From Nemertoderma westbladi (lineage: Eukaryota; Animalia; Xenacoelomorpha), in the NCBI GenBank assembly GCA_032718475.1, contig JAUCBJ010009163.1, positions 62,001 through 126,000 of the forward strand: 64,000 nucleotides of DNA, in the 5' to 3' direction. Positions 32,101 through 47,100 of the stretch are shown one piece after another. The number at the start of each line of letters is the position of its first letter. Positions within the stretch are counted from its first letter, which is position 1. The notes below the pieces were generated by a model that ran no database searches, was not told where the DNA came from, and was given only the letters and a program-made list of their open reading frames with translations. Made by a program: the position numbers and the translations under genes.

Positions 32101-35100
32101 TTATAGTTTCATCGTATTGCCAAAGTGACTAGAGCTGAAGTTGACTCATAATACAATAATTCACCTCAAATATCTCAGCTATTTCATGAACATATTGAAG
32201 TATTAAATCCATGTCAAAATCATTGGTATTTTTCTGCAATAATTTATCAAAATATCCTCTGATTTTTTTCAAAAACCATATCAATTTTCATATTTATAAC
32301 TTCTATCCCACTCCACGAGATAGAGAATCTTAAATGAACGTCAAAAGAACAGGTAACACTTACATTTATAGAAGTAATCAGCTGTTATTTGCTACGTCTT
32401 TCCGCTGGAGATGGATGAATTTTGATTGCGTTGGAACACCCCCTATCTGTGGCTTTCTGAGTGGAGAGATAAGTATCCTATCTCCCTATTAATATTGTTG
32501 TGTTCTAGAATATTTTTTATAGTTTCATCGTATTGCCAAAGTGACTAGAGCTGAAGTTAACCCATAATACAATAATTCACCTCAAATATCTCAGCTATTT
32601 CATGAACATAATGAAGTATTAAAGCCATGTCAAAATCATTGGTGTTTTTCTGCAATAATTTATCAAAATATCCCCGATTTTTTTCAAAAACCACATCGAT
32701 TTTCTTATTTATAACTTCTATCCCACTCCACGAGATAGAGAATCTTAAATGAACGTCAAAAGAACAGGTAACACTTACATTTATAGCAGTAATCAGCTGT
32801 TATTTGCTACGTCTTTCCGCTGGAGATGGATGAATTTTGATTGCGTTGGAACACCCCCTATCTGTGGCTGTCTGAGAGGAGAGATAAGTAGCCTATCTCC
32901 CTGTTAAAATTGTTGTGTTCTAGAATATTTATTATAGTTTCATCGTATTGCCAAAGTGACTAGAGCTGAAGTTGACTCATAATACAATAATTCACCTCAA
33001 ATATCTCAGCTATTTCATGAACATAATGAAGTATTAAATCCATGTCAAATTCCTTGGTATTTTTCTGCAATAATTTATCAAAATATCCTCTGATTTTTTT
33101 CAAAAACCATATCAATTTTCATATTTATAACTTCTATCCCACTAAACGAGATAAAGTATCTTAAATGAAAGTCAAAAGAACAGGTTACACTTACATTTAT
33201 AGAAGTAATCAGCTGTTATTTGCTTTGTCTTTCCGCTGGAGATGGATGAATTTTGATTGTGTCAGAACACCCCTATCTGTGGCTGTTTGAGTTGAGAGAT
33301 AAGTAGCCTATCTCCCTATTAATATTGTTGTGTTCTAGAATATTTTTTATAGTTTCATCGTATTGCCAAAGTGACTAGAGCTGAAGTTAACTCATAATAC
33401 AATAATTCACCTCAAATATCGCAGCTATTTCATGAACATAATGAAGTATTAAAGCCATGTCAAAATCATTGGTATTTTTCTGCAATAATTTATCAAAATA
33501 TCCTCTGATTTTTTTCAAAAACCACATCGATTTTCTTATTTATAACTTCTATCCCACTCCACGAGATAGAGAATCTTAAATGAACGTCAAAAGAACAGGT
33601 AACACTTACATTTATAGCAGTAATCAGCTGTTATTTGCTACGTCTTTCCGCTGGAGATGGATGGATTTTGATTGCGTTGGAACACCCCCTATCTGTGGCT
33701 GTCTGAGTGGAGAGGTAAGTAGCCTATCTCCCTAGTTAATATTGTTGTGTTCTAGAATATTTATTATAGTTTCATCGTATTGCCAAAGTGACTAGAGCTG
33801 AAGTTGACTCATAATACAATAATTCACCTCAAATATCTCAGCTATTTCATGAACATAATGAAGTATTAAATCCATGTCAAATTCCTTGGTATTTTTCTGC
33901 AATAATTTATCAAAATATCCTCTGATTTTTTTCAAAAACCATATCAATTTTCATATTTATAACTTCTATCCCACTCCACGAGATAGAGAATCTTAAATGA
34001 ACGTCAAAAGAACAGGTAACACTTACATTTATAGCAGTAATCAGCTGTTATTTGCTACGTCTTTCCGCTGGAGATGGATGAATTTTGATTGCGTTGGAAC
34101 ACCCCCTATCTGTAGCTGTCTGAGTGGAGAGATAAGTAGCCTATCTCCCTGTTAATATTGTTATGTTCTAGAATATTTATTATAGTTTCATCGTATTGCC
34201 AAAGTGACTAGAGCTGAAGTTGACTCATAATACAATAATTCACCTCAAATATCTCAGCTATTTCATGAACATAATGAAGTATTAAATCCATGTCAAAATC
34301 CTTGGTATTTTTCTGCAATAATTTATCAAAATATCCTCTGATTTTTTTCAAAAACCATATCAATTTTCATATTTATAACTTCTATCCCACTCCACGAGAT
34401 AGAGAATCTTAAATGAACGTCAAAAGAACAGGTAACACTTACATTTATAGAAGTAATCAGCTGTTATTTGCTACGTCTTTCCGCTGGAGATGGATGAATT
34501 TTGATTGCGTTGGAACACCCCCTATCTGTGGCTTTCTGAGTGGAGAGATAAGTATCCTATCTCCCTATTAATATTGTTGTGTTCTAGAATATTTTTTATA
34601 GTTTCATCGTATTGCCAAAGTGACTAGAGCTGAAGTTAACTCATAATACAATAATTCACCTCAAATATCTGAGCTATTTCATGAACATAATGAAGTATTA
34701 AAGCCATGTCAAAATCATTGGTGTTTTTCTGCAATAATTTATCAAAATATCCCCGATTTTTTTCAAAAACCACATCGATTTTCTTATTTATAACTTCTAT
34801 CCCACTCCACGAGATAGAGAATCTTAAATGAACGTCAAAAGAACAGGTAACACTTACATTTATAGCAGTAATCAGCTGTTATTTGCTACGTCTTTCCGCT
34901 GGAGATGGATGAATTTTGATTGCGTTGGAACACCCCCTATCTGTAGCTGTCTGAGTGGAGAGATAAGTAGCCTATCTCCCTGTTAATATTGTTATGTTCT
35001 AGAATATTTATTATAGTTTCATCGTATTGCCAAAGTGACTAGAGCTGAAGTTGACTCATAATACAATAATTCACCTCAAATATCTCAGCTATTTCATGAA

Positions 35101-38100
35101 CATAATGAAGTATTAAATCCATGTCAAAATCCTTGGTATTTTTCTGCAATAATTTATCAAAATATCCTCTGATTTTTTTCAAAAACCATATCAATTTTCA
35201 TATTTATAACTTCTATCCCACTCCACGAGATAGAGAATCTTAAATGAACGTCAAAAGAACAGGTAACACTTACATTTATAGAAGTAATCAGCTGTTATTT
35301 GCTACGTCTTTCCGCTGGAGATGGATGAATTTTGATTGCGTTGGAACACCCCCTATCTGTGGCTTTCTGAGTGGAGAGATAAGTATCCTATCTCCCTATT
35401 AATATTGTTGTGTTCTAGAATATTTTTTATAGTTTCATCGTATTGCCAAAGTGACTAGAGCTGAAGTTAACTCATAATACAATAATTCACCTCAAATATC
35501 TGAGCTATTTAATGAACATAATGAAGTATTAAAGCCATGTCAAAATCATTGGTGTTTTTCTGCAATAATTTATCAAAATATCCCCGATTTTTTTCAAAAA
35601 CCACATCGATTTTCTTATTTATAACTTCTATCCCACTCCACGAGATAGAGAATCTTAAATGAACGTCAAAAGAACAGGTAACACTTACATTTATAGCAGT
35701 AATCAGCTGTTATTTGCTACGTCTTTCCGCTGGAGATGGATGAATTTTGATTGCGTTGGAACACCCCCTATCTGTGGCTGTCTGAGAGGAGAGATAAGTA
35801 GCCTATCTCCCTGTTAAAATTGTTGTGTTCTAGAATATTTATTATAGTTTCATCGTATTGCCAAAGTGACTAGAGCTGAAGTTGACTCATAATACAATAA
35901 TTCACCTCAAATATCTCAGCTATTTCATGAACATAATGAAGTATTAAATCCATGTCAAATTCCTTGGTATTTTTCTGCAATAATTTATCAAAATATCCTC
36001 TGATTTTTTTCAAAAACCATATCAATTTTCATATTTATAACTTCTATCCCACTAAACGAGATAAAGTATCTTAAATGAAAGTCAAAAGAACAGGTTACAC
36101 TTACATTTATAGAAGTAATCAGCTGTTATTTGCTTTGTCTTTCCGCTGGAGATGGATGAATTTTGATTGTGTCAGAACACCCCTATCTGTGGCTGTTTGA
36201 GTTGAGAGATAAGTAGCCTATCTCCCTATTAATATTGTTGTGTTCTAGAATATTTTTTATAGTTTCATCGTATTGCCAAAGTGACTAGAGCTGAAGTTAA
36301 CTCATAATACAATAATTCACCTCAAATATCGCAGCTATTTCATGAACATAATGAAGTATTAAAGCCATGTCAAAATCATTGGTATTTTTCTGCAATAATT
36401 TATCAAAATATCCTCTGATTTTTTTCAAAAACCACATCGATTTTCTTATTTATAACTTCTATCCCACTCCACGAGATAGAGAATCTTAAATGAACGTCAA
36501 AAGAACAGGTAACACTTACATTTATAGCAGTAATCAGCTGTTATTTGCTACGTCTTTCCGCTGGAGATGGATGGATTTTGATTGCGTTGGAACACCCCCT
36601 ATCTGTGGCTGTCTGAGTGGAGAGGTAAGTAGCCTATCTCCCAGTTAATATTGTTGTGTTCTAGAATATTTATTATAGTTTCATCGTATTGCCAAAGTGA
36701 CTAGAGCTGAAGTTGACTCATAATACAATAATTCACCTCAAATATCTCAGCTATTTCATGAACATAATGAAGTATTAAATCCATGTCAAATTCCTTGGTA
36801 TTTTTCTGCAATAATTTATCAAAATATCCTCTGATTTTTTTCAAAAACCATATCAATTTTCATATTTATAACTTTTATCCCACTCCACGAGATAGAGAAT
36901 CTTAAATGAACGTCAAAAGAACAGGTAACACTTACATTTATAGCAGTAATCAGCTGTTATTTGCTACGTCTTTCCGCTGGAGATGGATGAATTTTGATTG
37001 CGTTGGAACACCCCCTATCTGTAGCTGTCTGAGTGGAGAGATAAGTAGCCTATCTCCCTGTTAATATTGTTATGTTCTAGAATATTTATTATAGTTTCAT
37101 CGTATTGCCAAAGTGACTAGAGCTGAAGTTGACTCATAATACAATAATTCACCTCAAATATCTCAGCTATTTCATGAACATAATGAAGTATTAAATCCAT
37201 GTCAAAATCCTTGGTATTTTTCTGCAATAATTTATCAAAATATCCTCTGATTTTTTTCAAAAACCATATCAATTTTCATATTTATAACTTCTATCCCACT
37301 CCACGAGATAGAGAATCTTAAATGAACGTCAAAAGAACAGGTAACACTTACATTTATAGAAGTAATCAGCTGTTATTTGCTACGTCTTTCCGCTGGAGAT
37401 AGATGAATTTTGATTGCGTTGGAACACCCCCTATCTGTGGCTTTCTGAGTGGAGAGATAAGTATCCTATCTCCCTATTAATATTGTTGTGTTCTAGAATA
37501 TTTATTATAGTTTCATCGTATTGCCAAAGTGACTAGAGCTGAAGTTGACTCATAATACAATAATTCACCTCAAATATCTCAGCTATTTCATGAACATAAT
37601 GAAGTATTAAAGCCATGTCAAAATCATTGGTGTTTTTCTGCAATAATTTATCAAAATATCCTCTGATTTTTTTCAAAAACCACATCGATTTTTTTATTTA
37701 TAACTTCTATCCCACTCCACGAGATAGAGAATCTTAAATGAACGTCAAAAGAACAGGTAACACTTACATTTATAGCAGTAATCAGCTGTTATTTGCTACG
37801 TCTTTCCGCTGGAGATGGATGAATTTTGATTGCGTTGGAACACCCCCTAACTGTGGCTGTCTGAGTGGAGAGATAAGTAGCCTATCTCCCTGTTAATATT
37901 GTTGTGTTCTAGAATATTTATAATAGTTTCATCGTATTGCCAAAGTGACTAGAGCTGAAGTTGACTCATAATACAATAATTCACCTCAAATATCTCAGCT
38001 ATTTCATGAACATAATGAAGTATTAAATCCATGTCAAATTCCTTGGTATTTTTCTGCAATAATTTATCAAAATATCCTCTGATTTTTTTCAAAAACCATA

Positions 38101-41100
38101 TCAATTTTCATATTTATAACTTCTATCCCACTCCACGAGATAGATAATCTTAAATGAACGTCAAAAGAACAGGTAACACTTACATTTATAGCAGTAATCA
38201 GCTGTTATTTGCTACGTCTTTCCGCTGGAGATGGATGAATTTTGATTGCGTTGGAACACCCCCTATATGTAGCTGTCTGAGTGGAGAGATAAGTAGCCTA
38301 TCTCCCTGTTAATATTGTTGTGTTCTAGAATATTTATTATAGTTTCATCGTATTGCCAAAGTGACTAGAGCTGAAGTTGACTCATAATACAATAATTCAC
38401 CTCAAATATCTCAGCTATTTCATGAACATAATGAAGTATTAAATCCATGTCAAAATCCTTGGTATTTTTCTGCAATAATTTATCAAAATATCCTCTGATT
38501 TTTTTCAAAAACCATATCAATTTTCATATTTATAACTTCTATCCCACTCCACGAGATAGAGAATCTTAAATGAAGGTCAAAAGAACAGGTAACACTTACA
38601 TTTATAGCAGTAATCAGCTGTTATTTGCTACGTCTTTCCGCTGGAGATGGATGAATTTTGATTGCGTTGGAACACCCCCTATCTGTAGCTGTCTGAGTGG
38701 AGAGATAAGTAGCCTATCTCCCTGTTAATATTGTTATGTTCTAGAATATTTATTATAGTTTCATCGTATTGCCAAAGTGACTAGAGCTGAAGTTGACTCA
38801 TAATACAATAATTCACCTCAAATATCTCAGCTATTTCATGAACATAATGAAGTATTAAATCCATGTCAAAATCCTTGGTATTTTTCTGCAATAATTTATC
38901 AAAATATCCTCTGATTTTTTTCAAAAACCATATCAATTTTCATATTTATAACTTCTATCCCACTCCACGAGATAGAGAAACTTAAATGAACGTCAAAAGA
39001 ACAGGTAACACTTACATTTATAGAAGTAATCAGCTGTTATTTGCTACGTCTTTCCGCTGGAGATAGATGAATTTTGATTGCGTTGGAACACCCCCTATCT
39101 GTGGCTTTCTGAGTGGAGAGATAAGTATCCTATCTCCCTATTAATATTGTTGTGTTCTAGAATATTTATTATAGTTTTACCGTATTGCCAAAGTGACTAG
39201 AGCTGAAGTTGACTCATAATACAATAATTCACCTCAAATATCTCAGCTATTTCATGAACATAATGAAGTATTAAATCCATGTCAAATTCCTTGGTATTTT
39301 TCTGCAATAATTTATCAAAATATCCTCTGATTTTTTTCAAAAACCATATCAATTTTCATATTTATAACTTCTATCCCACTCAACGAGATAAAGTATCTTA
39401 AATGAAAGTCAAAAGAACAGGTAACACTTACATTTATAGAAGTAATCAGCTGTTATTTGCTACGTCTTTCCGCTGGAGATGGATGAATTTTGATTGCGTT
39501 GGAACACCCCCTATCTGTGGCTTTCTTAGTGGAGAGATAAGTATCCTATCTCCCTATTAATATTGTTGTGTTCTAGAATATTTTTTATAGTTTCATCGTA
39601 TTGCCAAAGTGACTAGAGCTGAAGTTGTCTCATAATACAATAATTCACCTCAAATATCTCAGCTATTTCATGAACATATTGAAGTATTAAATCCATGTCA
39701 AAATCCTTGGTATTTTTCTGCAATAATTTATCAAAATATCCTCTGATTTTTTTCAAAAACCATATCAATTTTCATATTTATAACTTCTATCCCACTCCAC
39801 GAGATAGAGAATCTTAAATGAACGTCAAAAGAACAGGTAACACTTACATTTATAGAAGTAATCAGCTGTTATTTGCTACGTCTTTCCGCTGGAGATGGAT
39901 GAATTTTGATTGCGTTGGAACACCCCCTATCTGTGGCTTTCTGAGTGGAGAGATAAGTATCCTATCTCCCTATTAATATTGTTGTGTTCTAGAATATTTT
40001 TTATAGTTTCATCGTATTGCCAAAGTGACTAGAGCTGAAGTTAGCCCATAATACAATAATTCACCTCAAATATCTCAGCTATTTCATGAACATAATGAAG
40101 TATTAAAGCCATGTCAAAATCATTGGTGTTTTTCTGCAATAATTTATCAAAATATCCTCTGATTTTTTTCAAAAACCACATCGATTTTTTTATTTATAAC
40201 TTCTATCCCACTCCACGAGATAGAGAATCTTAAATGAACGTCAAAAGAACAGGTAACACTTACATTTATAGCAGTAATCAGCTGTTATTTGCTACGTCTT
40301 TCCGCTGGAGATGGATGAATTTTGATTGCGTTGGAACACCCCCTAACTGTGGCTGTCTGAGTGGAGAGATAAGTAGCCTATCTCCCTGTTAATATTGTTG
40401 TGTTCTAGAATATTTATAATAGTTTCATCGTATTGCCAAAGTGACTAGAGCTGAAGTTGACTCATAATACAATAATTCACCTCAAATATCTCAGCTATTT
40501 CATGAACATAATGAAGTATTAAATCCATGTCAAATTCCTTGGTATTTTTCTGCAATAATTTATCAAAATATCCTCTGATTTTTTTCAAAAACCATATCAA
40601 TTTTCATATTTATAACTTCTATCCCACTCCACGAGATAGATAATCTTAAATGAACGTCAAAAGAACAGGTAACACTTACATTTATAGCAGTAATCAGCTG
40701 TTATTTGCTACATTTTTCCGCTGGAGATGGATGAATTTTGATTGCGTTGGAACACCCCCTATATGTAGCTGTCTGAGTGGAGAGATAAGTAGCCTATCTC
40801 CCTGTTAATATTGTTGTGTTCTAGAATATTTATTATAGTTTCATCGTATTGCCAAAGTGACTAGAGCTGAAGTTGACTCATAATACAATAATTCACCTCA
40901 AATATCTCAGCTATTTCATGAACATAATGAAGTATTAAATCCATGTCAAATTCCTTGGTATTTTTCTGCAATAATTTATCAAAATATCCTCTGATTTTTT
41001 TCAAAAACCATATCAATTTTCATATTTATAACTTCTATCCCACTCAACGAGATAAAGTATCTTAAATGAAAGTCAAAAGAACAGGTAACACTTACATTTA

Positions 41101-44100
41101 TAGAAGTAATCAGCTGTTATTTGCTACGTCTTTCCGCTGGAGATGGATGAATTTTGATTGCGTTGGAACACCCCCTATCTGTGGCTTTCTTAGTGGAGAG
41201 ATAAGTATCCTATCTCCCTATTAATATTGTTGTGTTCTAGAATATTTTTTATAGTTTCATCGTATTGCCAAAGTGACTAGAGCTGAAGTTGTCTCATAAT
41301 ACAATAATTCACCTCAAATATCTCAGCTATTTCATGAACATATTGAAGTATTAAATCCATGTCAAAATCCTTGGTATTTTTCTGCAATAATTTATCAAAA
41401 TATCCTCTGATTTTTTTCAAAAACCACATCGATTTTTTTATTTATAACTTCTATCCCACTCCACGAGATAGAGAATCTTAAATGAACGTCAAAAGAACAG
41501 GTAACACTTACATTTATAGCAGTAATCAGCTGTTATTTGCTACGTCTTTCCGCTGGAGATGGATGAATTTTGATTGCGTTGGAACACCCCCTAACTGTGG
41601 CTGTCTGAGTGGAGAGATAAGGAGCCTATCTCCCTGTTAATATTGTTGTGTTCTAGAATATTTATAATAGTTTCATCGTATTGCCAAAGTGACTAGAGCT
41701 GAAGTTGACTCATAATACAATAATTCACCTCAAATATCTCAGCTATTTCATGAACATAATGAAGTATTAAATCCATGTCAAATTCCTTGGTATTTTTCTG
41801 CAATAATTTATCAAAATATCCTCTGATTTTTTTCAAAAACCATATCAATTTTCATATTTATAACTTCTATCCCACTCCACGAGATAGATAATCTTAAATG
41901 AACGTCAAAAGAACAGGTAACACTTACATTTATAGCAGTAATCAGCTGTTATTTGCTACGTCTTTCCGCTGGAGATGGATGAATTTTGATTGCGTTGGAA
42001 CACCCCCTATATGTAGCTGTCTGAGTGGAGAGATAAGTAGCCTATCTCCCTGTTAATATTGTTGTGTTCTAGAATATTTATTATAGTTTCATCGTATTGC
42101 CAAAGTGACTAGAGCTGAAGTTGACTCATAATACAATAATTCACCTCAAATATCTCAGCTATTTCATGAACATAATGAAGTATTAAATCCATGTCAAATT
42201 CCTTGGTATTTTTCTGCAATAATTTATCAAAATATCCTCTGATTTTTTTCAAAAACCATATCAATTTTCATATTTATAACTTCTATCCCACTCAACGAGA
42301 TAAAGTATCTTAAATGAAAGTCAAAAGAACAGGTAACACTTACATTTATAGAAGTAATCAGCTGTTATTTGCTACGTCTTTCCGCTGGAGATGGATGAAT
42401 TTTGATTGCGTTGGAACACCCCCTATCTGTGGCTTTCTTAGTGGAGAGATAAGTATCCTATCTCCCTATTAATATTGTTGTGTTCTAGAATATTTTTTAT
42501 AGTTTCATCGTATTGCCAAAGTGACTAGAGCTGAAGTTGTCTCATAATACAATAATTCACCTCAAATATCTCAGCTATTTCATGAACATATTGAAGTATT
42601 AAATCCATGTCAAAATCCTTGGTATTTTTCTGCAATAATTTATCAAAATATCCTCTGATTTTTTTCAAAAACCATATCAATTTTCATATTTATAACTTCT
42701 ATCCCACTCCACGAGATAGAGAATCTTAAATGAACGTCAAAAGAACAGGTAACACTTACATTTATAGAAGTAATCAGCTGTTATTTGCTACGTCTTTCCG
42801 ACGGAGATGGATGAATTTTGATTGCGTTGGAACACCCCCTATCTGTGGCTTTCTGAGTGGAGAGATAAGTATCCTATCTCCCTATTAATATTGTTGTGTT
42901 CTAGAATATTTTTTATAGTTTCATCGTATTGCCAAAGTGACTAGAGCTGAAGTTAGCCCATAATACAATAATTCAACTCAAATATCTCAGCTATTTCATG
43001 AACATAATGAAGTATTAAAGCCATGTCAAAATCATTGGTGTTTTTCTGCAATAATTTATCAAAATATCCTCTGATTTTTTTCAAAAACCACATCGATTTT
43101 TTTATTTATAACTTCTATCCCACTCCACGAGATAGAGAATCTTAAATGAACGTCAAAAGAACAGGTAACACTTACATTTATAGCAGTAATCAGCTGTTAT
43201 TTGCTACGTCTTTCCGCTGGAGATGGATGAATTTTGATTGCGTTGGAACACCCCCTAACTGTGGCTGTCTGAGTGGAGAGATAAGTAGCCTATCTCCCTG
43301 TTAATATTGTTGTGTTCTAGAATATTTATAATAGTTTCATCGTATTGCCAAAGTGACTAGAGCTGAAGTTGACTCATAATACAATAATTCACCTCAAATA
43401 TCTCAGCTATTTCATGAACATAATGAAGTATTAAATCCATGTCAAATTCCTTGGTATTTTTCTGCAATAATTTATCAAAATATCCTCTGATTTTTTTCAA
43501 AAACCATATCAATTTTCATATTTATAACTTCTATCCCACTCCACGAGATAGATAATCTTAAATGAACGTCAAAAGAACAGGTAACACTTACATTTATAGC
43601 AGTAATCAGCTGTTATTTGCTACGTCTTTCCGCTGGAGATGGATGAATTTTGATTGCGTTGGAACACCCCCTATATGTAGCTGTCTGAGTGGAGAGATAA
43701 GTAGCCTATCTCCCTGTTAATATTGTTGTGTTCTAGAATATTTATTATAGTTTCATCGTATTGCCAAAGTGACTAGAGCTGAAGTTGACTCATAATACAA
43801 TAATTCACCTCAAATATCTCAGCTATTTCATGAACATAATGAAGTATTAAATCCATGTCAAAATCCTTGGTATTTTTCTGCAATAATTTATCAAAATATC
43901 CTCTGATTTTTTTCAAAAACCATATCAATTTTCATATTTATAACTTCTATCCCACTCCACGAGATAGAGAATCTTAAATGAAGGTCAAAAGAACAGGTAA
44001 CACTTACATTTATAGCAGTAATCAGCTGTTATTTGCTACGTCTTTCCGCTGGAGATGGATGAATTTTGATTGCGTTGGAACACCCCCTATCTGTAGCTGT

Positions 44101-47100
44101 CTGAGTGGAGAGATAAGTAGCCTATCTCCCTGTTAATATTGTTATGTTCTAGAATATTTATTATAGTTTCATCGTATTGCCAAAGTGACTAGAGCTGAAG
44201 TTGACTCATAATACAATAATTCACCTCAAATATCTCAGCTATTTCATGAACATAATGAAGTATTAAATCCATGTCAAAATCCTTGGTATTTTTCTGCAAT
44301 AATTTATCAAAATATCCTCTGATTTTTTTCAAAAACCATATCAATTTTCATATTTATAACTTCTATCCCACTCCACGAGATAGAGAAACTTAAATGAACG
44401 TCAAAAGAACAGGTAACACTTACATTTATAGAAGTAATCAGCTGTTATTTGCTACGTCTTTCCGCTGGAGATAGATGAATTTTGATTGCGTTGGAACACC
44501 CCCTATCTGTGGCTTTCTGAGTGGAGAGATAAGTATCCTATCTCCCTATTAATATTGTTGTGTTCTAGAATATTTATTATAGTTTTACCGTATTGCCAAA
44601 GTGACTAGAGCTGAAGTTGACTCATAATACAATAATTCACCTCAAATATCTCAGCTATTTCATGAACATAATGAAGTATTAAATCCATGTCAAATTCCTT
44701 GGTATTTTTCTGCAATAATTTATCAAAATATCCTCTGATTTTTTTCAAAAACCACATCGATTTTCTTATTTATAACTTCTATCCCACTCCACGAGATAGA
44801 GAATCTTAAATGAACGTCAAAAGAACAGGTAACACTTACATTTATAGCAGTAATAAGCTGTTATTTGCTACGTCTTTCCGCTGGAGATGGATGAATTTTG
44901 ATTGCGTTGGAACACCCCCTATCTGTGGCTGTCTGAGTGGAGAGATAAGTAGCCTATCTCCCTGTTAATATTGTTGTGTTCTAGAATATTTATTATAGTT
45001 TCATCGTATTGCCAAAGTGACTAGAGCTGAAGTTGACTCATAATACAATAATTCATCTCAAATATCTCAGCTATTTCATGAACATAATGAAGTATTAAAT
45101 CCATGTCAAATTCCTTGGTATTTTTCTGCAATAATTTATCAAAATATCCTCTGATTTTTTTCAAAAACCATATCAATTTTCATATTTATAACTTCTATCC
45201 CACTCAACGAGATAAAGTATCTTAAATGAAAGTCAAAAGAACAGGTAACACTTACATTTATAGAAGTAATCAGCTGTTATTTGCTACGTCTTTCCGCTGG
45301 AGATGGATGAATTTTGATTGCGTTGGAACACCCCCTATCTGTGGCTTTCTTAGTGGAGAGATAAGTATCCTATCTCCCTATTAATATTGTTGTGTTCTAG
45401 AATATTTTTTATAGTTTCATCGTATTGCCAAAGTGACTAGAGCTGAAGTTGTCTCATAATACAATAATTCACCTCAAATATCTCAGCTATTTCATGAACA
45501 TATTGAAGTATTAAATCCATGTCAAAATCCTTGGTATTTTTCTGCAATAATTTATCAAAATATCCTCTGATTTTTTTCAAAAACCATATCAATTTTCATA
45601 TTTATAACTTCTATCCCACTCCACGAGATAGAGAATCTTAAATGAACGTCAAAAGAACAGGTAACACTTACATTTATAGAAGTAATCAGCTGTTATTTGC
45701 TACGTCTTTCCGCTGGAGATGGATGAATTTTGATTGCGTTGGAACACCCCCTATCTGTGGCTTTCTGAGTGGAGAGATAAGTATCCTATCTCCCTATTAA
45801 TATTGTTGTGTTCTAGAATATTTTTTATAGTTTCATCGTATTGCCAAAGTGACTAGAGCTGAAGTTAGCCCATAATACAATAATTCACCTCAAATATCTC
45901 AGCTATTTCATGAACATAATGAAGTATTAAAGCCATGTCAAAATCATTGGTGTTTTTCTGCAATAATTTATCAAAATATCCTCTGATTTTTTTCAAAAAC
46001 CACATCGATTTTTTTATTTATAACTTCTATCCCACTCCACGAGATAGAGAATCTTAAATGAACGTCAAAAGAACAGGTAACACTTACATTTATAGCAGTA
46101 ATCAGCTGTTATTTGCTACGTCTTTCCGCTGGAGATGGATGAATTTTGATTGCGTTGGAACACCCCCTAACTGTGGCTGTCTGAGTGGAGAGATAAGTAG
46201 CCTATCTCCCTGTTAATATTGTTGTGTTCTAGAATATTTATAATAGTTTCATCGTATTGCCAAAGTGACTAGAGCTGAAGTTGACTCATAATACAATAAT
46301 TCACCTCAAATATCTCAGCTATTTCATGAACATAATGAAGTATTAAATCCATGTCAAATTCCTTGGTATTTTTCTGCAATAATTTATCAAAATATCCTCT
46401 GATTTTTTTCAAAAACCATATCAATTTTCATATTTATAACTTCTATCCCACTCCACGAGATAGATAATCTTAAATGAACGTCAAAAGAACAGGTAACACT
46501 TACATTTATAGCAGTAATCAGCTGTTATTTGCTACGTCTTTCCGCTGGAGATGGATGAATTTTGATTGCGTTGGAACACCCCCTATATGTAGCTGTCTGA
46601 GTGGAGAGATAAGTAGCCTATCTCCCTGTTAATATTGTTGTGTTCTAGAATATTTATTATAGTTTCATCGTATTGCCAAAGTGACTAGAGCTGAAGTTGA
46701 CTCATAATACAATAATTCACCTCAAATATCTCAGCTATTTCATGAACATAATGAAGTATTAAATCCATGTCAAAATCCTTGGTATTTTTCTGCAATAATT
46801 TATCAAAATATCCTCTGATTTTTTTCAAAAACCATATCAATTTTCATATTTATAACTTCTATCCCACTCCACGAGATAGAGAATCTTAAATGAACGTCAA
46901 AAGAACAGGTAACACTTACATTTATAGAAGTAATCAGCTGTTATTTGCTACGTCTTTCTGCTGGAGATAGATGAATTTTGATTGCGTTGGAACACCCCCT
47001 ATCTGTGGCTTTCTGAGTGGAGAGATAAGTATCCTATCTCCCTATTAATATTGTTGTGTTCTAGAATATTTTTTATAGTTTCATCGTATTGCCAAAGTGA